Shown: one piece after another, positions 53,501-64,000 of the stretch
Layout of the letters: every line of letters starts with the position of its first letter
Numbering within the stretch: position 1 is the stretch's first letter
DNA from: Eledone cirrhosa
Taxonomy: Eukaryota
Direction of reading: 5' to 3'
Assembly: GCA_964016885.1 (NCBI GenBank)
Contig: OZ024764.1
Location: forward strand, 5,456,001 to 5,520,000
Length of the DNA: 64,000 nucleotides
The notes under the pieces: generated by a model
The model's input: the letters and a program-made list of their open reading frames with translations, nothing else
Databases searched by the model: none
Told to the model about the DNA's origin: nothing
Position numbers and translations under genes: made by a program

Positions 53501-56500
53501 ACAGCTATAGTCTCACATTTAGACCTATTTCTCTCTAGATATACCTACTGCTGTAGTCTTACATTTAGACCTGCTTCTCTCTAGATATACCTACAGCTAT
53601 AGTCTCACATTTAGACCTATTTCTCTCGAGATATACCTATTGATATAGTCTTACATTTAGACCTGTATCTCTCTAGATATCCCTACTGCTATAGTCTCAC
53701 ATTTAGACCTGTTTCTCTCTAGATATACCTACTGCTGTAGTCTCACATTTAGACCTGTTTCTCTCTAGATGCACCTACTGCTATAGTCTTACATTTAGAC
53801 CTGTTTCTCTCTAGATATACCTACTGCTATAGTCTCACTTTAGACCTGTTTCTCTCTAGATATACCTACTGATATAGTCTCACATTTAGACCTGTTTCTC
53901 TCTAGATGTACCTACCGCTATAGTCTCACATTTAGACCTGTTTCTCTCTAGATATACCTACTGCTATAGTCTTACATTTAGACCTGTTTCTCTCTAGATA
54001 TACCTACTGCTATAGTCTGACATTTAGACCTGTATCTCTCTAGATATACCTACAGCTATAGTCTCACATTTAGACCTATTTCTCTCGAGATATACCTATT
54101 GATATAGTCTTACATTTAGACCTGTATCTCTCTAGATATACCTACTGCTATAGTCTCACATTTAGACCTGTTTCTCTCTAGATATACCTACTGCTGTAGT
54201 CTCACATTTAGACCTGTTTCTCTCTAGATGTACCTACTGCTATAGTCTCACATTTAGACCTGTTTCTCTCTAGATATACCTACTGATATAGTCTTACATT
54301 TGGACCTGTTTCTCTCTAGATATACCTACAACTATAGTCTGACATTTAGACCTATTTCTATCTAGATATACCTACTGATATAATCTTACATTTAGACCTG
54401 TTTCTCTCTAGATATACCTACTGCAATGGTCTTACATTTAGACCTGTTTCTCTCTAGATATACCTACTGCTATAGTCTCACATTTAGACCTATTTCTCTC
54501 TAGATATACCTACTGATATAGTCTTACATTTAGACCTGCTTCTCTCTAGATATACCTACTGCAATGGTCTTACATTTAGATCTGTTTCTCTCTAGATATA
54601 CCTACTGCTATAGTCTCACATTTAGACCTGTTTCTCACTACATGTACCTACTGCTATAGTCTCACATTTAGACCTGTTTCTCTCTAGATGTACCTACTGC
54701 TATAGTCTCACATTTAGACCGGTTTCTCTCTAGATATACCTACTGCTGTAGTCTCACAGTTAGACCTGTTTCTCTCTAGATATACCTACTGCTATAGTCT
54801 TACATTTAGACCTGTTTCTCTCTAGATATACCTACTGGAATGGTCTTACATTTAGACCTGTTTCTCACTAGATATACCTACTGCTATAGTCTCACATTTA
54901 GACCTCTTTCTCTCTAGATATACCTACTGCTGTAGTCTCACATTTCGACCCGTTTCTCTCCAGATATACCTACTGCTATAGTCTCACATTTAGACCCGTT
55001 TCTCTCTAGATATACCTACTGCTATAGTCTTACATTTAGACCTCTTTCTCTCTAGATGTACCTACTGCTATAGTCTTACATTTAGACCTGTTCCTCTCTA
55101 GATGTACCTACTGCTATAGTCTCACATTTAGACCTGTTTCTCTCTAGATATACCTACTGCTATAGTCTCACATTTAGACCCGTTTCTCTCTAGATGTACC
55201 TACTGATATAGTCTCACATTTAGACCTGTTTCTCTCTAGATATACCTACTGCTGTAGTCTCACATTTAGACCTGTTTCTCTCTAGATATACCTACTGCTA
55301 TAGTATTACATTCAGACCTGTTTCTCTCTAGATATACCTACTGATATAGTCTTACATTTAGACCTGTATCTCTCTAGATATACCTACAGCTATAGTCTCA
55401 CATTTAGACCTATTTCCCTCGAGATATACCTATTGATATAGTCTTACATTTAGACCTGTATCTCTCTAGATATACCTACTGCTATAGTCTCACATTTAGA
55501 CCTGTTTCTCTCTAGATATACCTACTGCTATAGTCTTACATTTAGACCTGTTTCTCTCTAGATGTACCTACTGATATAGTCTCACATTTAGACCTGTTTC
55601 TCTCTAGATGTACCTACTGCTATAGTCTTACATTTAGACCTGTTTCTCTCTAGATGTACCTACTGCTATAGTCTTACATTTAGACCTGGTTCTCTCTAGA
55701 TGTACCTACTGATATAGTCTCACATTTAGACCTATTTCTCTCTAGATATACCTACTGATATAGTCTTACATTTAGACCTGCTTCTCTCTAGATATACCAA
55801 CTGCAATGGTCTTACATTTAGACCTGTTTCTCTCTAGATATACCTACTGCTATAGTCTCACATTTAGACCTGTTTCTCTCTAGATGTACCTACTGCTATA
55901 GTCTCACATTTAGACCGGTTTCTCTCTAGATATACCTACTGCTGTAGTCTCACAGTTAGACCTGTTTCTCACTAGATATACATACTGCTATAGTCTTACA
56001 TTTAGACCTGTTTCTCTCTAGATATACCTACAGCTATAGTCTCACAATTAGACCTGTTTCTCTCTAGATATACCTACTGTAATGGTCTTACATTTAGACC
56101 CGTTTCTCTCTAGATGTACCTACTGCTATAGTCTCACATTTAGACCTGTTTCTCTCTAGATATACCTACTGCTGTAGTCTCACATTTAGACCTGTTTCTC
56201 TCTAGATATACCTACTGCTATAGTATTACATTTAGACCCGTTTCTCTCTAGATATACCTACTGCAATGGTCTTACATTTAGACCTGTTTCTCTCTAGATA
56301 TACCTACTGATATAGTCTCACATTTAGACCTGTTTCTCCCTAGATATACCTACTGCTGTAGTCTCACATTTAGACCTGTTTCTCTCTAGATGTACCTACT
56401 GCTATAGTCTTACATTTAGACCTATTTCTCTCTAGATATACCTACTGCTATAGTCTCACTTTAGACCTGTTTCTCTCTAGATATACCTACTGCTATAGTC

Positions 56501-59500
56501 TCACATTTAGACCTGTTTCTCTCTAGATGTACCTACCGCTATAGTCTCACATTTAGACCTGTTTCTCTCTAGATATACCTACTGCTATAGTCTTACATTT
56601 AGACCTGTTTCTCTCTAGATATACCTACTGCTGTAGTCTCACATTTAGACCTGTTTCTCTCTAGATATACCTACTGCTATAGTCTTACATCTAGACCTGT
56701 TTCTCTCTAGATATACCTACTGCTGTAGTCTCACATTTAGACCTGTTTCTCTCTAGATGTACCTACTGCTATAGTCTCACATTTAGACCTGTTTCTCTCT
56801 AGATATACCTACTGATATAGTCTTACATTTAGACCTGTTTCTCTCTAGATATACCTACTGCTGTAGTCTCACATTTAGACCTGTTTCTCTCTAGATATAC
56901 CTACTGCTATAGTCTTACATTTAGACCTGTTTCTCTCTAGATATACCTACTGCTGTAGTCTCATATTTAGACCTGTTTCTCTCTAGATGTACCTACTGCT
57001 ATAGTCTCACATTTAGACCTGTTTCTCTCTAGATATACTTACTGATATAGTCTTACATTTAGAACTGTTTCTCTCTAGATATACCTACTGATATAGTCTT
57101 ACATTTAGACCTGTTTCTCTCTAGATGTACCTACTGCTATAGTCTCACATTTAGACCTGTTTCTCTCTAGATATACCTACTGCTATAGTCTTACATTTAG
57201 ACCTGTTTCTCTCTAGATATACCTACAACTATAGTCTCACATTTAGACCTATTTCAATCTAGATATACCTACTGATATAGTCTTACATTTAGACCTGTTT
57301 CTCTCTAGATATACCTACTACAATGGTCTTACATTTAGACCTGTTTCTCTCTAGATATACCTACTGCTATAGTCTCACATTTAGACCTATTTCTCTCTAG
57401 ATATACCTACTGATATAGTCTTACATTTAGACCTGTTTCTCTCTAGATATACCTACTGATATAGTATTACATTTAGACCTGTTTCTCTCTAGATATACCT
57501 ACTGCTATAGTCTCACATTTAGACCTGTTTCTCTCTAGATATACCTACTGCTATAGTCTTACATTTAGACCTGTATCTCTCTAGATATACCTACAGCTAT
57601 AGTCTCACATTTAGACCTATTTCTCTCGAGATATACCTATTGATATAGTCTTACATTTAGACCTGTATCTCTCTAGATATACCTACTGCTATAGTCTCAC
57701 ATTTAGACCTGTTTCTCTCTACATGTACCTACTGCTATAGTCTCACATTTAGACCTGTTTCTCTCTAGATGTACCTACTGCTATAGTCTCACATTTAGAC
57801 CGGTTTCTCTCTAGATATACCTACTGCTGTAGTCTCACAGTTAGACCTGTTTCTCTCTAGATATACCTACTGCTATAGTCTTACATTTAGACCTGTTTCT
57901 CTCTAGATATACCTACTGTAATGGTCTTACATTTAGACCTGTTTCTCACTAGATATACCTACTGCTATAGTCTCACATTTAGACCTCTTTCTCTCTAGAT
58001 ATACCTACTGCTGTAGTCTCACATTTCGACCCGTTTCTCTCCAGATATACCTACTGCTATAGTCTCACATTTAGACCCGTTTCTCTCTAGATATACCTAC
58101 TGCTATAGTCTTACATTTAGACCTCTTTCTCCCTAGATGTACCTACTGCTATAGTCTTACATTTAGACCTGTTCCTCTCTAGATGTACCTACTGCTATAG
58201 TCTCACATTTAGACCTGTTTCTCTCTAGATATACCTACTGCTATAGTCTCACATTTAGACCTGTTTCTCTCTAGATGTACCTACTGCTGTAGTCTCACAT
58301 TTAGACCGGTTTCTCTCTAGATATACCTACTGCTGTAGTCTCACAGTTAGACCTGTTTCTCTCTAGATATACCTACTGCTATAGTCTTACATTTAGACCT
58401 GTTTCTCTCTAGATATACCTACAGCTATAGTCTCACAATTAGACCCGTTTCTCTCTAGATATACCTACTGTAATGGTCTTACATTTAGACCTGTTTGTCA
58501 CTAGATATACATACTGCTATAGTCTCACATTTAGACCGCTTTCTCTCTAGATATACCTACTGCTGTAGTCTCACATTTAGACCCATTTCTCTCTAGATAT
58601 ACCTACTGCTATAGTCTCACATTTAGACCTCCTTCTCTCTAGATGTACCTACTGCTATAGTCTTACATTTAGACCTGTTCCTCTCTAGATATACCTACTG
58701 CTATAGTCTCACATTTAGACCCGTTTCTCTCTAGATGTACCTACTGCTATAGTCTCACATTTAGACCTGTTTCTCTCTAGATATACCTACTGCTGTAGTC
58801 ACACATTTAGACCTGTTTCTCTCTAGATATACCTACTGCTATAGTATTACATTTAGACCTGTTTCTCTCTAGATATACCTACTGCTATAGTCTCACATTT
58901 AGACCTGTTTCTCTCTAGATATACCTACTGCTATAGTCTTACATTTAGACCTGTATCTCTCTAGATATACCTACAGCTATAGTCTCACATTTAGACCTAT
59001 TTCTCTCGAGATATACCTATTGATATAGTCTTACATTTAGACCTGTATCTCTCTAGATATACCTACTGCTATAGTCTCACATTTAGACCTGTTTCTCTCT
59101 AGATATACCTACTGCTATAGTCTTACATTTAGACCTGTTTCTCTCTAGATGTACCTACTGCTATAGTCTCACATTTAGACCTGGTTCTCTCTAGATGTAC
59201 CTACTGATATAGTCTCACATTTAGACCTGTTTCTCTCTAGATGTACCTACTGCTATAGTCTCACATTTAGACCTGTTTCTCTCTAGATGTACCTACTGCT
59301 ATAGTCTTACATTTAGACTTGTTCCTCTCTAGATGTACCTACTGCTATAGTCTCACATTTAGATCTGTTTCTCTCTAGATATACCTACTGCTATAGTCTC
59401 ACATTTAGACCCGTTTCTCTCTAGATGTACCTACTGCTATAGTCTCACATTTAGACCTGTTTCTCTCTAGATATACCTACTGCTGTAGTTTCACATTTAG

Positions 59501-62500
59501 ACCTGTTTCTCTCTAGATATACCTACTGCTATAGTATTACATTTAGACCTGTTTCTCTCTATATATACCTACTGCTATAGTCTCACATTTAGACCTGTTT
59601 CTCTGTAGATATACCTACTGCTATAGTCTTACATTTAGACCTGTATCTCTCTAGATATACCTACAGCTATAGTCTCACATTTAGACCTATTTCTCTCTAG
59701 ATATACCTACTGCTGTAGTCTTACATTTAGACCTGTTTCTCTCTAGATATACCTACAGCTATAGTCTCACATTTAGACCTATTTCTCTCGAGATATACCT
59801 ATTGATATAGTCTTACATTTAGACCTGTATCTCTCTAGATATCCCTACTGCTATAGTCTCACATTTAGACCTGTTTCTCTCTAGATATACCTACTGCTGT
59901 AGTCTCACATTTAGACCTGTTTCTCTCTAGATGCACCTACTGCTATAGTCTTACATTTAGACCTGTTTCTCTCTAGATATACCTACTGCTATAGTCTCAC
60001 TTTAGACCTGTTTCTCTCTAGATATACCTACTGATATAGTCTCACATTTAGACCTGTTTCTCTCTAGATGTACCTACCGCTATAGTCTCACATTTAGACC
60101 TGTTTCTCTCTAGATATACCTACTGCTATAGTCTTACATTTAGACCTGTTTCTCTCTAGATATACCTACTGCTATAGTCTGACATTTAGACCTGTATCTC
60201 TCTAGATATACCTACAGCTATAGTCTCACATTTAGACCTATTTCTCTCGAGATATACCTATTGATATAGTCTTACATTTAGACCTGTATCTCTCTAGATA
60301 TACCTACTGCTATAGTCTCACATTTAGACCTGTTTCTCTCTAGATATACCTACTGCTGTAGTCTCACATTTAGACCTGTTTCTCTCTATATGTACCTACT
60401 GCTATAGTCTCACATTTAGACCTGTTTCTCTCTAGATATACCTACTGATATAGTCTTACATTTGGACCTGTTTCTCTCTAGATATACCTACAACTATAGT
60501 CTGACATTTAGACCTATTTCTATCTAGATATACCTACTGATATAGTCTTATATTTAGACCTGTTTCTCTCTAGATATACCTACTGCAATGGTCTTACATT
60601 TAGACCTGTTTCTCTCTAGATATACCTACTGCTATAGTCTCACATTTAGACCTATTTCTCTCTAGATATACCTACTGATATAGTCTTACATTTAGACCTG
60701 CTTCTCTCTAGATATACCTACTGCAATGGTCTTACATTTAGATCTGTTTCTCTCTAGATATACCTACTGCTATAGTCTCACATTTAGACCTGTTTCTCAC
60801 TACATGTACCTACTGCTATAGTCTCACATTTAGACCTGTTTCTCTCTAGATGTACCTACTGCTATAGTCTCACATTTAGACCGGTTTCTCTCTAGATATA
60901 CCTACTGCTGTAGTCTCACAGTTAGACCTGTTTCTCTCTAGATATACCTACTGCTATAGTCATACATTTAGACCTGTTTCTCTCTAGATATACCTACTGT
61001 AATGGTCTTACATTTAGACCTGTTTCTCACTAGATATACCTACTGCTATAGTCTCACATTTAGACCACTTTCTCTCTAGATATACCTACTGCTGTAGTCT
61101 CACATTTCGACCCGTTTCTCTCCAGATATACCTACTGCTATAGTCTCACATTTAGACCCGTTTCTCTCTAGATATACCTACTGCTATAGTCTTACATTTA
61201 GACCTCTTTCTCTCTAGATGTACCTACTGCTATAGTCTTACATTTAGACCTGTTCCTCTCTAGATGTACCTACTGCTATAGTCTCACATTTAGACCTATT
61301 TCTCTCTAGATATACCTACTGATATAGTCTTACATTTAGACCTGTTTCTCTCTAGATATACCTACTGATATAGTATTACATTTAGACCTGTTTCTCTCTA
61401 GATATACCTACTGCTATAGTCTCACATTTAGACCTGTTTCTCTCTAGATATACCTACTGCTATAGTCTTACATTTAGACCTGTATCTCTCTAGATATACC
61501 TACAGCTATAGTCTCACATTTAGACCTATTTCTCTCGAGATATACCTATTGATATAGTCTTACATTTAGACCTGTATCTCTCTAGATATACCTACTGCTA
61601 TAGTCTCACATTTAGACCGGTTTCTCTCTAGATGTACCTACTGCTATAGTCTCACATTTAGACCGGTTTCTCTCTAGATATACCTACTGCTGTAGTCTCA
61701 CAGTTAGACCTGTTTCTCTCTAGATATACCTACTGCTATAGTCTTACATTTAGACCTGTTTCTCTCTAGATATACCTACTGTAATGGTCTTACATTTAGA
61801 CCTGTTTCTCACTAGATATACCTACTGCTATAGTCTCACATTTAGACCTCTTTCTCTCTAGATATACCTACTGCTGTAGTCTCACATTTCGACCCGTTTC
61901 TCTCCAGATATACCTACTGCTATAGTCTCACATTTAGACCCGTTTATCTCTAGATATACCTACTGCTATAGTCTTACATTTAGACCTCTTTCTCTCTAGA
62001 TGTACCTACTGCTATAGTCTTACATTTAGACCGGTTTCTCTCTAGATATACCTACTGCTGTAGTCTTACATTTAGACCTGTTTCTCTCTAGATATACCTA
62101 CAGCTATAGTCTCACATTTAGACCTATTTCTCTCGAGATATACCTATTGATATAGTCTTACATTTAGACCTGTATCTCTCTAGATATCCCTACTGCTATA
62201 GTCTCACATTTAGACCTGTTTCTCTCTAGATATACCTACTGCTGTAGTCTCACATTTAGACCTGTTTCTCTCTAGATGCACCTACTGCTATAGTCTTACA
62301 TTTAGACCTGTTTCTCTCTAGATATACCTACTGCTATAGTCTCACTTTAGACCTGTTTCTCTCTAGATATACCTACTGATATAGTCTCACATTTAGACCT
62401 GTTTCTCTCTAGATGTACCTACCGCTATAGTCTCACATTTAGACCTGTTTCTCTCTAGATATACCTACTGCTATAGTCTTACATTTAGACCTGTTTCTCT

Positions 62501-64000
62501 CTAGATATACCTACTGCTATAGTCTGACATTTAGACCTGTATCTCTCTAGATATACCTACAGCTATAGTCTCACATTTAGACCTATTTCTCTCGAGATAT
62601 ACCTATTGATATAGTCTTACATTTAGACCTGTATCTCTCTAGATATACCTACTGCTATAGTCTCACATTTAGACCTGTTTCTCTCTAGATATACCTACTG
62701 CTGTAGTCTCACATTTAGACCTGTTTCTCTCTAGATGTACCTACTGCTATAGTCTCACATTTAGACCTGTTTCTCTCTAGATATACCTACTGATATAGTC
62801 TTACATTTGGACCTGTTTCTCTCTAGATATACCTACAACTATAGTCTGACATTTAGACCTATTTCTATCTAGATATACCTACTGATATAATCTTACATTT
62901 AGACCTGTTTCTCTCTAGATATACCTACTGCAATGGTCTTACATTTAGACCTGTTTCTCTCTAGATATACCTACTGCTATAGTCTCACATTTAGACCTAT
63001 TTCTCTCTAGATATACCTACTGATATAGTCTTACATTTAGACCTGCTTCTCTCTAGATATACCTACTGCAATGGTCTTACATTTAGATCTGTTTCTCTCT
63101 AGATATACCTACTGCTATAGTCTCACATTTAGACCTGTTTCTCACTACATGTACCTACTGCTATAGTCTCACATTTAGACCTGTTTCTCTCTAGATGTAC
63201 CTACTGCTATAGTCTCACATTTAGACCGGTTTCTCTCTAGATATACCTACTGCTGTAGTCTCACAGTTAGACCTGTTTCTCTCTAGATATACCTACTGCT
63301 ATAGTCTTACATTTAGACCTGTTTCTCTCTAGATATACCTACTGGAATGGTCTTACATTTAGACCTGTTTCTCACTAGATATACCTACTGCTATAGTCTC
63401 ACATTTAGACCTCTTTCTCTCTAGATATACCTACTGCTGTAGTCTCACATTTCGACCCGTTTCTCTCCAGATATACCTACTGCTATAGTCTCACATTTAG
63501 ACCCGTTTCTCTCTAGATATACCTACTGCTATAGTCTTACATTTAGACCTCTTTCTCTCTAGATGTACCTACTGCTATAGTCTTACATTTAGACCTGTTC
63601 CTCTCTAGATGTACCTACTGCTATAGTCTCACATTTAGACCTGTTTCTCTCTAGATATACCTACTGCTATAGTCTCACATTTAGACCCGTTTCTCTCTAG
63701 ATGTACCTACTGATATAGTCTCACATTTAGACCTGTTTCTCTCTAGATATACCTACTGCTGTAGTCTCACATTTAGACCTGTTTCTCTCTAGATATACCT
63801 ACTGCTATAGTATTACATTCAGACCTGTTTCTCTCTAGATATACCTACTGATATAGTCTTACATTTAGACCTGTATCTCTCTAGATATACCTACAGCTAT
63901 AGTCTCACATTTAGACCTATTTCTCTCGAGATATACCTATTGATATAGTCTTACATTTAGACCTGTATCTCTCTAGATATACCTACTGCTATAGTCTCAC
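44600..64000. repeat. Distal satellite domain with imperfect 5.7-6.2 kb higher-order periodicity
   Basis: The GATGCACC marker (G at 47839, 53771, 59933, 62278) gives offsets 5932, 6162 and 2345. TTGTCACTAG lies at 46401, 52333 and 58495. GTCACAC lies at about 46750, 49830, 52682 and 58798. Confidence 0.8.

Larger units (their letters stand above)
2398..64000. repeat. 46-bp tandem satellite array of about 1340 monomers, all head-to-tail, extending past the window end
   Basis: Consensus TAGATATACCTACTGCTATAGTCTCACATTTAGACCTGTTTCTCTC (11 A, 5 G, 12 C, 18 T; 37% GC), with an XbaI site TCTAGA at most monomer junctions. The monomer starts at 2440 and 63974 are 61534 apart, which equals 1338x46 minus 14, matching 14 observed 1-bp deletion monomers. 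Common polymorphisms: ATA/GTA, CTCAC/CTTAC, GCTAT/GATAT/GCTGT. Confidence 0.99.

Noticed and set aside
2398-64000. CRISPR array or other repeat-spacer array
   Set aside because: There are no unique spacers: monomers abut directly and differ only by point variants. No cas genes are present and the context is a eukaryotic LINE.
2398-64000. Giant repetitive protein via amber (TAG) readthrough or an alternative genetic code
   Set aside because: The consensus + strand stops are all TAG and share one frame per monomer. However, 46 is not a multiple of 3, frequent TGA and TAA variants (ACTGATAT, GTAATGG) add stops, and the 1-bp deletions shift the frame. The - strand also has TAA/TAG/TGA stops, and the ORF track shows nothing here.

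Overview
This window looks eukaryotic and contains no intact genes. Bases 1-1880 are the 3' part of a frameshifted L1/Tx1-type non-LTR retrotransposon ORF2 (reverse transcriptase plus C-terminal zinc-knuckle region), running in from the left edge. It is followed by a structured, AT-rich putative 3' UTR (about 1881-2110), a compound TCTA/TCTG microsatellite (about 2115-2335) and a unique spacer of about 60 bp. The remaining 96% (2398-64000, open at the right edge) is one uninterrupted head-to-tail 46-bp satellite with consensus TAGATATACCTACTGCTATAGTCTCACATTTAGACCTGTTTCTCTC. It has 1338 full monomers between 2440 and 63973. Variant monomers record nested duplications of 28, 37, 51, 91, about 122-134, 172 and 185 monomers, one shared 1-bp deletion present 14 times, edge-specific variants and a possible CpG-decay signature. 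I found no CRISPR array, RNA gene or new coding system. The interest lies in the satellite's internal architecture and in the LINE/microsatellite/satellite junction. All counts and alignments were done by eye.
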